Source: Octopus vulgaris
Taxonomy: Eukaryota
Reading direction: 5' to 3'
Assembly (NCBI GenBank): GCA_951406725.2
Contig: OX597835.1
Location: 13,454,001 to 13,518,000, forward strand
DNA: 64,000 bases
The notes below the pieces were generated by a model, which searched no databases, was not told the origin of the DNA, and saw nothing but the letters and a program-made list of their open reading frames with translations. Each line of letters opens with the position of its first letter. The stretch's first letter is position 1. Shown here piece after piece: positions 39,334 through 53,887 of this stretch. The translations under genes and the position numbers were made by a program.

Positions 39334-39750
39334 AGATAGGTACCTTGTTTTATTGACTCCAGAAGGAAGAAGGACGGCAGTGTTGACTTCAACGGGATTT
39401 GAACTCAGACTGTCAATGGTCAGAGCAAATATTCTGAGGCTATGTAATTTTGGTCGCTGCTAATTCCAGCCTGTCAAGCAACCTGATAAAGACTCCCTTG
39501 CTTCCTCTTCTGCCATCAAACTGCCGTCCTCAGAATAATACAATTTGCAATCAGATTGGTACCTCATTTTATTGACTCCAGAAGGAAGAAGAATGGCTGT
39601 GTTGACCTCAGCGGGATTTGAACTCAGACTGCCAAGGGTCAGAGCAGATATTCTGAGGCTATGTAATTTCGGTCGCTGCTAATTCTAGCCTGTCAAGCAA
39701 CCTCATAAAGACCCCCTTGTTTCCTCTTCTGCCGTCAAACTGCCGTCCTC
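39334..39750. repeat. Local ~218-bp tandem duplication containing a decayed family-B-like SINE piece
   Basis: 'ggtacc..ttttattgactccagaaggaagaa..caaactgccgtcctc' occurs twice. Confidence 0.85.
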
Positions 39751-40717
39751 CTCTTCGTCTTTCAGTTGTCTTCTTGTAATGATTCACCTTAGAAATAATA
39801 CAATTTGCAGCCATGCAACCATCATGGTTGGCATCATTGCTGTTGTTGTTGTTGTTGTCGTTGTGGTGTGATTGAAATCTCCAGTAGACAAGCTTAGTTA
39901 TTCATTAACTTATTTCGTTTGTGTGGTTGTAGTAGTAGTAGTAGTGGTGGTAGTGGTGGTGGTGGTGGTGGTGGTGGTGGTGGTGGTGGTGGTGGTGGTG
40001 GTGGTGGTGGTGGTAGTCATTACCATCGTCATCGTCGCTGTGGTGGTAGGGGTAAGTCGAGAGAACTCTTCCTAATCCTGGTCATCTCTTTCCTTTATTT
40101 TTCCCTGGCTGTATCTCTTCTCCGATCTAACGAACGATTTCTGTGTCTAGCTTCGACGGAACTTTCCTGCATCTTGATAGTCGAAACATATTGCTGCAAA
40201 CGCATCTAAGTCTCATCATGACGACGACGACGACGAAAATGACGTTGACGATGATGATGATGATGAAGACGATGATTTATCAACATTATCATTACCATCG
40301 TCTCTCCCATCGTTACAATCACTGACACTGACACACCGTCATCATTGTTGTCACCTTCATCACTGCCGCTGTCAGCAGCATGAACACCACCAACCGCATT
40401 ATCATCATCGTCATCATCATCATCATCATCATCACCACTATGAGTGTTGTCCCCATCCCCTCATCATCATTATTATTCCTATAATTACTACCACCACCAA
40501 TACCATCATCATCATCATTGTCGTCAATAATAATTAAAAAGATATCTATCATATTCTGATTTACTTTACAGTTCTTCTCAAAAGTATATTACATTTTAGA
40601 TCATCATCATCATCATCATCATTATTATTAGTATTATTATTATTATCATTATTATTATCATTATTATTATTATTATCATTATTATTATTATTATCATCAT
40701 TATTATTATCATTATTA

Positions 40718-40754
<37 letters not shown>

Positions 40755-40777
40755 CATCATTATCCTTAATATTATTA

Positions 40778-40811
<34 letters not shown>

Positions 40812-41060
40812 CATCATTATTATTATCATTATTATCATTATTATTATCATTATTATTATTATTATTATCATCATTATCCTTAATATTATTATTATTATTA
40901 TTATTATCATCATCATCATCCTTAATATTATTATCATTATTATTATTATTATTATTATCATCATCATTCATTATCCTTAATATTATTATCGTTGTTATTA
41001 TTATTATCATTATTATCATTATTATTATTATTATTATTATCATTATTATTATCATTATTA

Positions 41061-41100
<40 letters not shown>

Positions 41101-42285
41101 CATTATTATTATCATTATCATCATTATCCTTAATATTATTATCATTATTATTATTATTATTGTTATTATTATTGTTATTATTATCCTTAATATTATTATC
41201 GTTATTAGCATCAGTGTGACAAGTGATATCTTCATTAAAAACCTCGTTATTAGATTTTCGGCTGATTTATGTGACTCATGCCTTTTTACCAAAGGCATGA
41301 GCATCACACCATCTCGTTTCTCTCCACTGTAGGTATACGGGTGGCGGGTGGTGGTGGTGATGGTGGTGGTGGGGGTTGTGTTTAAGCCATTCGTCATCGT
41401 CAGTGCTGGCGCCGCCATTCACCACCGTCGTTGTCACCGTCATCACCACCGTCGTTATCACCGTCATCACCACCATCGTCATCATCACTATCACCGCCAC
41501 CACCACCACCACTTTCATCATCATCATCATCATCATCATCGTTTTCCTGTTCTTCATCATCTTTGTTTCCCTTCTACTCCCTTTATCATTGTTATCATCA
41601 TCACCATCATCATCATCATTCTAATTTGTTTTCTTGTTTCATTCGTTATCTATAAAAGATTATTACTCTTGAGAAAAATCACACCCTGTCACATCAGCAC
41701 CCAGAATCACCAGCAGCTGCATCATCATCATTATCATCATCATCATCATCGTTATCCTGATTATAATCATCATAGATTCATCATCATCATTTTCCTGATT
41801 ACAACAATCATCATCATTGACATCATCTTCATCATTGTCATCTTTCTTATTACTTTCCAGCAGTCATATTTTTGATGCATTCTTTCGCTGCACAGCACCG
41901 CGCAGTTTTTTTTACGCACTTTTTTTGTTGCACATTCAGTGACATCTTTACTGTTTGGCTAAAAATACCTTATGTAATATTTCCTAACTACTTTGTGGTG
42001 TTACATTCTCTACGCTCCATGTATTTGTAAAATCCCAAAGTGTTTGACTACGTATTTCTCTGCATGTTGCCCTTTATTATCATTTCCAAGGCCCCTGTTA
42101 TATGAGAAGTTATCATTGGGTTGTCCAGAAAGTTTGTGCCGATTTATAGTAGCTTACCTTTCGAATTATTTTAGAACATGGTTGAGTCCATAAAATAGGA
42201 TTTACCTACACCTCCATTTAGAGCACAGTTTAAGCTATCTTTTCGTGGATGAAGGTAGGGGGACAAACAGACACACACACATAAA

Positions 42286-42326
<41 letters not shown>

Positions 42327-42595
42327 TATGATGGGCTTCTTTCAGTTTCCATCTACCAACTCCACTCACAAGACCTTGGTCGGCCCATGGCTATAGTAAA
42401 AGGCTTTTGCCTGAAGTGCCGCATAGCTGGGGCTGAACCCCAAACCATGTGGTTGGAAAGCAAGCTTCTTACCACACAGCCACAGACACACACACACACA
42501 TATATATGTTCATACATATATGTATATGTGTGCATATTTGCATGGACAAGTGCCAGTCTTCCTCAAAAAACCCTATCCAGTCCTTCATATATATA

Positions 42596-42826
42596 TTTCT
42601 TTATTGCCCACAAGGGGCTAAACATAGAGGGGACAAAAAAGGACAGAGGAACGGATTAAGTCGATTACATCGACCCCAGTGCGTAACTGGTACTTAATTT
42701 ATCGACCCCCGAAAGGATGAAAGGCCAAGTCGACCTCGGCGGAATTTGAACTCACAACGTAACGGCAGACGAAATACGGCTACGCATTTCGCCCGGCGTG
42801 CTAATGTTTCTGCCAGCTCACTGCCT
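42596..42826 (-). mobile_element. tRNA-derived SINE family B with Meta-core-like segment (also 1-200, 13280-13478, 20012-20195, 22313-22537, 25850-26063, 48634-48859, 58299-58510)
   Basis: Family consensus 'ggcgagctggcagaa..ttagcac..gagttcaaattcc..gcctttcatcctttcggggtcgataaattaagtaccag..cccttgtggg..aaagaaata'. Confidence 0.8.
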
Positions 42827-43353
42827 TATTGTATATACATATATATATATACACCCTTCATACATACACATGAAGATGCATGATCAACCTACGAACAACA
42901 GAAACCTTACACACACACTCAAACACACACACAAATGCATGCACACATACGTACACACACACATATTTATTTAATAAGGTTCTTTCTGTGGCTGCTACAT
43001 TTTTCTTTTTTGTTTGTTTGTCTTTTACGACAGTTTTGTGTATTTCTTTGTAAATAATTGAGATTACGAAGGGAGCAGGGTAAATGTTATGAAGCTCTGC
43101 CCAGTTTATCTTTTTTTTCTTGTTGTTATCATTTGTCGAAACAGAACCAAAACTCAAGAGATACGATTCTACATCATTAATGCCTCTGTTCCTATATTTT
43201 ATTAAAATATTCGAAATGAAATTATATTCTACAATAAATTGAGATGCCAGCAATTTTTATTTATTTTCTACGTTTGTTTATTTTTTTGTTTTTTTATTTT
43301 ATTGTTCTTTTGTATCAAGTTTTGTAGTTGTTCTTCACAAAAGAAAATGGATG

Positions 43354-43411
<58 letters not shown>

Positions 43412-43626
43412 TTGTGTGTGTGTATATTGTTTGTGTTTTGTTGTTGTTGTTGTTGTTGTTGAGAGTTTGCTATTTGATAGGAAACTAGTCAATATATTTG
43501 TGTATTAAAATAATGTATAGTCTTTAATAATCTGGAATTGATTTTTATCTGGCGGAAAAGAGAAGTTTACACTATTATCATCACCATCATCATTGCCATC
43601 GTCATCGTCATGATTATGATCATCAC

Positions 43627-43668
<42 letters not shown>

Positions 43669-44568
43669 TATCATCATCGTTAACCATCAACATCAGCACT
43701 TTCGTGATCATCGCCATCAACATTATCATCATCATCGTTGTCTTTGCCATCATTATCATTACTATCTCCATCATCATCGCCATGACCACCGCCACTATTA
43801 TCATCACCACCGCTGCCACCACCACCACCACCACAATCACTGCTGCCATCACCACCACTGCCATCGCCACAAGCACTACTATCACTACCAGCATCACCCA
43901 CACCACCACACCTGCCATTACCACTGCCTCCACCACCACCACTCCCATCACTACCACCCACCCTATCATCATTAACACCATTATAATCCCCACCACCACC
44001 AGCCACAAACCTGATGATTGAAATTGTTATTCAGTTCAATGTCTTTTGTACACATAGAGTCTAAAGGGAAAATTTTTTCTCCAAGATAAAACCCTGTAGC
44101 AAATGTCTTTCATAGATCTTACTCTACAGGAACACATTAGAAATAAATATACACATCTTTATTTCAATCCTCACTGCTTCATATGCTTATACCAAAATAC
44201 TTCCATGCCTCAGCACATACGCTAACAAATGTTTTATTTGCCGTTTTCTCTATGGGGACAGAAGTTCTTACCTTGCTCCAAATGATTAAGGCAGTGTATA
44301 TCACTGAAGAGGTGAAATCACACAGAAACACCGTGTTTGATAATCTGCCAACATCATTTGGAGATGGTCTCGATACATTTTTACTCAAAAAAATCTTGAG
44401 GGAGAAATTTTTCTCTGACACTAAATCCCACAGTGAATGCCTTTCACATTCTGGTGCACTGGAACTTATTAAAAATCACTTTTAAGTTGTCTACAGATAT
44501 GTTCTATAGAATATAGAGTCAACCCTGAAAGTTATGATGCTTTGTATATGAATATGTTTATGTAAACA

Positions 44569-44600
44569 ACTAGCAGTGGCACCCGGCGTTGCCCAGGAAG
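44569..44600 (-). mobile_element. Helitron-like 3' terminus
   Basis: Minus strand 'cctgggcaacgccgggtgccactgCTAG|t': hairpin plus CTAG. Confidence 0.5.
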
Positions 44601-46855
44601 GAAATTGTTCCTTATATATTAGAAGAAAAAAATCAAAATATTTTGTATAGAAATTTATTCTTCAGTTGAGATACATGATAAAATTAGTTTGCTATCATTG
44701 TGCAGGGGTCTCTAGTGACCTTACTCTGGCTACCTGCACTCGTCTTTGCTTCATTGTAGAATATTAATCATGTACATCTGCCGCGTCTCCTCTTCGTAGA
44801 GAGTGAGAACATTTTTCTTGGAAACTTTTTTGACAATTAAAATGGGAATTAAATGAAAAAAGAATGAGTGAAAGTTACGTGAATATCTTCACGTTGTAGA
44901 ACGTCACACATACACAAAAAAAAAAAACAAGGATGGAAAAACAAGGCCGAAATTGCGAGGATGATCTGATACTTGACTGAGGATAGAAAGCTTCGAATGA
45001 CCCATCTTGCTTTCCTTGTTTCTTTTGTCTTATGGCATACATTTGTCTTGCCTATCTTCAGGACCCAACACCGGAGGTGTTAGTGTTTAGCCCCTGGTCA
45101 GGCCTGATTGAGTATGCCTCCTGCAATGACTATCCTGCCATTGTGTAATCCTAGACTACTGTTATTCTTTTATTCTTTTATTTGTTTCAGTCATTTGACT
45201 GTGGCCATGCGGGAGCACCACCTTTAGTCAAACCGCTAAGTTACAAGGACATAAACATACCAACATTGGTTGTCAAGTGATGTTGGGGTGACAAACACAA
45301 ACGTATATATGTATGTGTGTGTATATATATATATGTTTGACAGGCTTCTTTCAGTTCCTGGCTACCAAATCCACTGACAAGGCTTTGGTCAGCCTGAGGC
45401 TATAGTAGAAAACATTTGCCCAAGGTGCCATACAGTGGGACTGAACCCAGAACAATGTGGTTGGTAAGCAAGCTACTTACCACATAGCCACATATCCTCA
45501 TTTTTTTTTTTTTTTTGAAGATGGTTAGATTGTTTTAATGGTTAAGTCAGAGCACAGAGGCACACATGTTAGCTTGCGATAGCAATGGAATTAGTTTCAA
45601 AATTGGTAAAATTAAGACAACTTTAGAAATTAAATTTGTAGAAATCAGGCCGTTGCACCAGATGGCTGGACGTGATTGGGGAAGATCCCTTGGAGGGTGC
45701 AGAGGGCCTGGCATGGCACCACCGCTAATGGAGAGCACTGGTCGACCTGGTCAGCTCAATGCATGATAGCATCTCTGGGACAACTAACCTGGGATGATCC
45801 CAACCGCATCAAGCGAGAGCATGTAGCCAAAGCCAAAAGTCGATATAGATCAGTTTTCCATCATCATCATCATCATCGTTTGATGTGTATTTTCCCATAC
45901 TGATGTGGTTTGCACAGTTGGATAGGATCCTTTGAGTTCAAGGAGTTTACACGCTCCACTGTCTTCTTAGGTATGGTTTCTACAGCTGGATGCACTTCCT
46001 GACACCAGAAAGTCATTAGCTCTAGATTCCATCTTTACCGATATTCCAGATGGTTGTGTATTTAGGATAGAAATGGCTTTTCTTGTTATTCCTCTCTTTG
46101 GTAATCGTTCCAAATTTTCGAGGAATTTTGTGTCTTGGTTTTTTTTTTTCTCTCCCCCCACCCCCCACCCATTTTCTCTCACCTTCACTTGATGGAAGAA
46201 CTAATTATGTAATTATGCTTACCTTGCACTAACATCTACCTTGCATCTTTAAACAACGAAAGCAAAAGCAGAAAACAAATAACCACAAACGAAAATATAA
46301 ACACAAAGGTTAAATCTTCAGATAAATTCTTTCACAAAATAATATTCTTCGTCCGAATTTCCACATGGCAGCAGATCTAATATCGCTATAAATTTCATTA
46401 CGCAAAAATCATTCATTATGTTTGTAGTTTGGTAGTTTTATTCATAAAAGAACATTCTGGGAGTTTTCGGGTTTTTTTTTCTCTCTTTTGGCTTCAGAGT
46501 TATTATCACATTTTCATATGTTCACTTTGCTTATTCCAGCTTCAAGTAGATTGCTTCTATTATAATAATAATAATAATAATAATAATAATTGTGTACAGT
46601 GCTCAGGTGCACTACAACTCATCTAAAGTGTATATATAATCAGGTGAAGTTTCGGCGGATTTCGGAAAGCATGAGGGCCTTTGTCTAAACCTTCTACCTT
46701 TCACCTTTCTCCCTCTCTCTCTCTCTCTTTATTTCTATCTCTGTTCCTCTCTCTCTCTCTTGCTCTGCTAACCTTCCTGATTTTTGCTGCTGACTTTTCT
46801 TCCATCTCTTTATTTACCTGTTCATGTGGTTCATTCTCCTCTCTGCAACTTGCAG

Positions 46856-46924
46856 CTGTTTGCATTGAAGATCAACTCTTTGGAATATCACGTCTTTGGT
46901 GCTTTCCTCTTCTGCTAATATCAC
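46856..46924 (+). CDS. Candidate symmetric 69-nt exon (coding or UTR)
   Basis: Acceptor 'ctcctctctgcaacttgcag|' and strong donor 'CAC|gtaagt'; one open frame xVCIEDQLFGISRLWCFPLLLIS. Confidence 0.3.
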
Positions 46925-47159
46925 GTAAGTGCTGCATTCTTAGTGCCAGGTCGAAAATTTCGCTGGAACTATTGTTGTTCTAAGAAAACCTGCTGAAACT
47001 TTAGCTGTTGTTCTTAGGGTTTTGTTTTGTGTTCTTGCTTAGAACTATTAAATTGGCAGAACATATCTGTACGGCAGGCATTTACACTGCACCTAATATA
47101 CAATTACCATTTGTTATTACATATATACATTATTTTTATAGCTGTGTACATATGTATGG

Positions 47160-47543
47160 TGGAAGCACTCCGTCGGTTACGACGACGAGGGTTCCGGTTG
47201 ATCCGAATCAACGGAACAGCCTGCTCGTGAAATTAACGTGTAAGTGGCTGAGCACTCCACAGACACGTGCACCCTTAACGTAGTTCTCGGGGATATTCAG
47301 CGTGACACAGAGAGTGACAAGGCCAGCCCTTTGAAGTACAGGTACAACAGAAACAGGAAGTAAGAGTGAGAGAAAGTTGTGGTGAAAGAGTACAGCAGGG
47401 ATCACCACCATCCCCTGCCGGAGCCTCGTGGAGCTTTAGGTGTTTTCGCTCAATAAACACTCACAACGCCCGGTCTGGGAATCGAAACCGCGATCCTACG
47501 ACCGCGAGTTCGCTGCCCTAACCACTGGGCCATTGCGCCTCCA
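47160..47543 (-). mobile_element. SINE family D, full length (partials 14930-15093, 49668-49750, 50911-50958)
   Basis: Near-identical to 29973-30360. Confidence 0.85.
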
Positions 47544-47549
47544 CTGTAC

Positions 47550-47586
<37 letters not shown>

Positions 47587-50500
47587 ATATATATATAGTG
47601 GGAATTACAAAAAACAAAAAACGAAGGTAGGTATCATCATCATCGTTTAACATCCATTTTCCATGCTGGCATGGGTTGGACAGTTCGACTGCAGTCTAGG
47701 AAGCCAGGAGGCTGCACTACACCCCAATCTGATCAGGCATTGTTTCTACAGTTGGATACCCTTCCTAATGCCAACCACTCTTAGTGTGTAGTAGGTGCTT
47801 TTTATGTGCCACTGGCACAGGGGCCAGAGAAGCTGGCATCGACCATGATCGGATGGTGCTTTTTATGTACCACCGGCACAGAAGCCAGTCAAAGTGGCAC
47901 TGGCATTGGCTACGTTCCGATGGTGCTTTTCACATGCTACAAACATAGGGCTCACAACTACAATTTCCATTTGATTTGATTTTGGTTTCGATATTGCTGT
48001 TGATGTTGATGTACTTGACTCAATAGGTCTCCACAAACACAGTATGTCACTCTACGACCCAAGGTACTTTTGAGTGGGCTGGTTATGCGACACTGGTGTA
48101 GGTTACAGCTGTGAACTCACTTTATTTGCCAGGGGCTTCTCAGTCACAGCATACCTCCAGAGGTCTCAGTCTTTTGTCATTGCCTCTGTGAAGCAATATA
48201 TTTATAGAATATAGCAATATATCATCGTTTAACGTCCGTTCTCCATGCTAGCATGGGTTGGACAGTTCGACCGGGGATCTGGGAAGCCAGAAGGCTGCAC
48301 CAGGCTCTAGTCTTATCTGGCAATGTTTCTACAGCTGGATGCCCTTCCTAACGCCAACCACTCCGTGAGTGTAGTGGGTGCTTTTTACGTGCCACCTGCA
48401 CAGGTGCCAGGCGAGGCTGGCAACAGCCACAGTCGGATTGGTGTATTTTACGTGCCACCGGCACGGTGGTCAGGCGAGGTGGCGCTGGCATCGGCCACGA
48501 GTCGGATAGTGCTTTTTACGTACCACCAGACCAGGGATCCTGGCTGGTTTAATCCTTAATGTATTGCAGTATATTTATAGAATTTGTTCAGGCGGATTTT
48601 TCTACAGTTGGATGCCCTTCTTGTTACTAACCTATTTCTTTATTACCCACAAGGGGCTAAACACAGAGGGGACAAACAAGGACAGACATAGGTATTAAGT
48701 CGATTATATCGATCCCAGTGCGTAACTGGTACTTAATTTATCGACCCCGAAAGGATGAAAGCAAAGTCGACCTCGGCGGAATTTGAACTCACAACGTAAC
48801 GCAGACGAAATACCGCTAAGCATTTCGCCCGGCGTGCTAACGTTTCTGCCAGCTCGCCGTCTTGTTACTAACCCTCACTTGTTTCCAAGCAGCGGAATAT
48901 TTCCCCATGGCCCGACATGTTTTCACTGAATACTGGAAACGGAAGACACTGTTTCCATGAGAAGATCCTCCTCATTTACAACTCTCACATGATGTCAAGG
49001 CAAAAAAAAAACAGTAACACGTGCAAATGCACCCAATTCGTTTTCTAAATTTTATCGTGACTTTAGATTACAACGAATGACATTGCATTGTATGAGCTTA
49101 TCTAAAGGAAGCAAGTCCTCATTGAGTGAGATTGTTAGTCTCAAGGCGTTTTTTGCTTGTTTGGTAATGTTATCACGTTCAGTTGTCTTCATATCACAGT
49201 TAAAAATAGCCTACCCAACAAGTGATCTACCTGTTTCAACTATTGTGTTTTTTTTTCCCCCCTTTTATCATAAACCTGAAATACTTCTTTCACTAACAAT
49301 GTCTAGGGTGAACCTACAGCAAAACGAAAGTTACCAAGGGCTTATCATAAGCTAAAAACGAAAGTTACCAAGGGCTTGTCATGAGCTAAAATATATTAGG
49401 GACCACTTTTTTTAGTTGATTCAGTTCCTTGATTCAACATGGAAGAAGATACCCCTAAAGTATCATAATGGAAGAAGATACCCCTAAAGTATCATAAAAA
49501 ACCTTCCTTCTATTATAGGTTAAACCAACCATATCTGGGCTAAATATTCTACTCATTTCATGTTCTATCCAGCCAGATCCAGCCTTTCACACCTATTCTA
49601 CAATGTCATTCTAAAAATATACAATCACATAACTGAAATATCAAAAGCTATGAGATAATGCATGACTTACACGTTAATTTCACGAGCAGGCTGTTCCGTT
49701 GATTGGATCAACCGGAACCCTCATCATCGGAACCGACGGAGTGCTTCCATTTAAATAAATACGGTAAAAAGGTAATATGATATATTTTGCAAAGGATTTT
49801 ACTTTTGTGCTGAAAAAGTGATAATTTTTTAGGATAAAAAAAAGATATAAAGGTAAAGATCCTTCCCAAGTCATATAGGGCCAGTTTAATCACAGTTTAC
49901 TAGTTTCCATGGCGTATATATCCCACACCTGGATGGGACGCTGGTCCACTGCAGGTTTACTCACTGTTGCCTGTTGAGTCAACTGGAGCAACATGAAATG
50001 AAGTATTTTGCTCAAGAATACAACACACTGCCTGGTGCAGGAATTGAAACCACAATCTTATGATCATGAGTCCAACACTCTAACCATTCAGCCATGTGGT
50101 TTTAGGAGTTATTAAATTTCTCAAAGAAGTTTTTTTAGTTATGTGTGTTTTATCTTTTACGTGTTTCAGTCATTAAACTGTGGCCATGCTGGGGCAACAC
50201 CTTGAAGAATTTTTATTCAAATAAATTATTTTTTTGAAATCTGGTACATATTCCATTGGTCTCTTTTGCCAGACTGCTAAGTTATGGTGCCATAAACACA
50301 CGACACTATTTGTCAATTGGTGGTTGGAGATAAACAGACACAAAGCCACACACACACACACGACAGGCTTCTTCCAGTTTCCATCTACCAGATCCACTCA
50401 CAAAGCTTCAGTTGGCTTGAGGCTATAGTAGAAGACACTTGCCCAAGGTGCCATGCAGTAGGACTGAACCCAGAACCACATGGTTAACAAACAAACTTCT

Positions 50501-50969
50501 TACCAGACAACCAAACAAAAAAAAAATTACAAAAAAAACCTAATGTATATTTATAAACAGTTGTTTTACTAAACCTACAAAATATTTTTGCTTTTTGAAA
50601 TAGAATAATTGAGAATAAATATACAATTAACAGACTCTGATATTTTAATGGAGATCATTACTTTAATGGGAGAAAAACCTTTGAAAAGAATTGAGGTTTT
50701 TTTATGTTTATTTATCATTATAAATTTTTGTTCAAAAATTGTTTCCATTAGATATTATGAAATTTTAAATATTCATAGAAATAAATTTCATGATGATAAA
50801 ACTAATTTCAAGCAATTAATATTTAAAATGTTGTTATTATTTGATAGTTCTTTTCAAATTTTATATTTTTATTAAAGGTTTTGAATGTTTCAAAAGTGAT
50901 CTACCTGTTTCGAAACCGCGAGTCCGCTGCCCTAACCACTGGGCCATTGCGCCTCCACATTTATTTAAA

Positions 50970-51480
50970 TGAGATCGTTGTGGCTGATGTAGTTTCACAA
51001 GTTTTTCAGTACAATTGTTGTTAGAGACAAATGCAAAAACTTCTAGGTGATAGCAAGCTTTTGAATTGTAGGAAAGACACTCGCTTAAAACCTGTCACAA
51101 CAAGTTAAGTAAGTACAGAAGGCAATGAAATATAATTTTACTTCCTGCCAAGGCAATGGGAATTCCAGAACAATTTCGTTACTTCTCCATAAGTTATTAA
51201 ATTCATGATTAAATTCAGCTTGTGCAATTTGATTACTCTGCAAATCAATAAGGCTTTCTTGTAGTCTGATATCAACATCAGCTGTATTTATCACAAAGGG
51301 GTCTGCCATGCAAACTTGGAATGATCATTTCAAAGAGGTCTTTGACCCTAATTTCCATATCATTGTGCAATTTCTTCAAGTGCTCAATGTGTACTAAAAA
51401 TATCATCTTCTTGCATTTCCTCCTAAAGGGCCTAATGTTAATCCTGAACAGATTAAGCGTTTTGAAGGAAACCTCCAAGA
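50970..51480 (-). pseudogene. hAT (Buster/Charlie, ZBED5/SCAND3-like) transposase C-terminal fragment
   Basis: HIEHLKKLHNDMEIRVKDLFEMIIP, then DPFVINTADVDIRLQESLIDLQSN...FPLPWQEVKLYFIAFCTYL (hATC dimerization-like); frameshifted. Confidence 0.75.
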
Positions 51481-52667
51481 GCTTCTTTGGAAATTAAAAG
51501 ATTTGTATTTTTACCTTGTAGCTGTTTGTTCAGAAAATTTAGTTTATAAAATATATCTGAAAGTTAGAATATGTCGCATTTGGCAACTAAGATTTCTTCT
51601 CCAAGGTGCTTACTATTCGGAAACGTTACAGCACTATCCCAAAGTGCTACAAGCCAACACTGGAAATTACCCTAAAAGACTGTCATGGAATGCGTATCCT
51701 TCTAGGCTGTAGTATAATAGTTAATTCATACAAGATTTACCAATGCTATCTTGATCCTTTATTCATCATTCATAAATTATCATCAAAGTGTTGAATGGAT
51801 TCTGTTTTATCTGTCAATCATGATGGAATTTAAACTATTCTCACATTGACTCTGAAAATTTCATATTGAAGCTTCCAGCGTGAATGACAAGCAGTACAGT
51901 ATGTTTCCAAATTTCTGGCGGAAAGAATTGTATCATGGTACTGTTTTACTCACAGATGGTGCCCAACTGACCCTACTATACTGTGTAGTGGACAAAATCA
52001 AAAACAAACAATGCACAAGCGCGAAATTAAAATTATAAAATGGGGGCAATTGACCCATCGTATCTTTTATATACAAGAATTATAGAATTTGGTAATTTTG
52101 TATAGTAATGTACACCTAATACCTTTTACTATGGTCACCTGATCATAATTTGTCTTCTGTATACCTATCTATCTATTTACACACACACATGTATACACGC
52201 ATGCGTGTCACAATGGAGTTGTGGTGCGATTTTAAAACATTACATTCTCCATTATATTCACTTATATTTTGATGCTTGCGAAGACCTGCTGAGACAAGTG
52301 AAATCGAAATCGATCAAAAATCAATATGGAAATTGCAGTTGTGATACCAGTGCCAGTGGCACATACAAGAACCATCCTAACATAGCCATTGCTAGCGCCA
52401 CCTCGACTGGCCTCCATGCCGGTGGCACGTAAAAAGCATCAACCGATCATAGCCGTTGCCAGCCTCACCTGGCACATAAAAAGCACCCACTACACTCACG
52501 GAGTGGTTGGCGTTAGGAAGGGCATCCAGCTGTAGAAACACTGCCAGATCAGACTGGGCCTGATGCAGCCTCCTTCGCTTCCCAGACCCCAGTTGAACCG
52601 TCCAACCCATGCTAGCATGGAAAGCGGACATTAAACGATGATGATGATGATGATTATTATGTATCAT

Positions 52668-52871
52668 TTACTCTTTTACTTGTTTCAGTCATTTGACTGC
52701 GGCCATGCTGGAGCACCGCCTTTAGTCGAGCAAATCGACCCCGGGACTTATTCTTTGTAAGCCCAGTACTTATTCTATCGGTCTCTTTTGCCGAACCGCT
52801 AAGTGACGGGGACGTAAACACACCAGCATCGGTTGTCAAGCAATGCTAGGGGGACAAACACAGACACACAA

Positions 52872-52904
<33 letters not shown>

Positions 52905-53077
52905 CATATATACGACAGGCTTCTTTCAGTTTCCGTCTACCAAATCCACTCACAAGGCATTGGTCGGCCCGGGGATATAGCAGAAGACACTTGCCCAAGA
53001 TGCCATGCAGTGGGACTGAACCCGGAACCATGTGGTTGGTTAGCAAGCTACTTACCACACAGCCACTCCTGCGCCTA
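52668..53077 (-). mobile_element. SINE family A, full length (other minus copies ~25380-25760, 31150-31515, 45170-45490, 50152-50510)
   Basis: Near-identical to 18537-18951. Confidence 0.85.
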
Positions 53078-53724
53078 TTACATATCAAAGTGTTCCATTT
53101 TTTTTAACGTCATTGACCTTTAACGTTAATAACCGATTCTTGTGTGAATCTGTTTCTGTGGAACAAAGCAAGGTAAAACTATTGAGTTCTAGGTAGACAC
53201 CATTACTCGGTCACAATGTAATTACTTCAGTTTACACAGAATATCCCTGATTAAACCATTATTAATTGATTGATATCAATATATAACAATATTGATAGAA
53301 TTAATATTGGAGAAAATTACATAATGAACAAAGAAATCTTCAATAGTTTTGTTTATCTGTTATTACTCTTCATTATCGAGTGTGAGGGCACCTAACCCAG
53401 TGGTTAGGGTGTTGCACTCGCAATTGTGAGATCGTGGTTTCAAGTCCTGGACCGGCTGGTGCATTGTGTTCTTGAGCAAAACATTTCATCTCCTGTTGAT
53501 CTGTGATCACTTTGACACCTGACATGTGGTACACTGTGTACCTGTTCAGGTAATGTTGATTTGATAGAGGGAGGGAGGGAGTGAGTACAGCATGTGCATT
53601 TGACTCCCGTGAGCAGATCGTTTGTGTAGGTCATTCAGCGAAACCTGAAAACTGATACATCATCCTTGACATGAGATTCCATCATCATCATCTTCATCAT
53701 TATATGTGTGTGTATGTATGAATG

Positions 53725-53765
<41 letters not shown>

Positions 53766-53855
53766 ATGTTTGTGTGTATATGTGCATGTGTATGTATATA
53801 TTGTGTGTGCGTGTGTGTGTGTGTATATATATAATGTGCATGTGTATGTATATAT

Positions 53856-53874
<19 letters not shown>

Positions 53875-53887
<13 letters not shown>

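Noticed and set aside
49318-49498. 33-bp and 29-bp tandem duplications
   Set aside because: Ordinary two-copy slippage duplications with no further structure.
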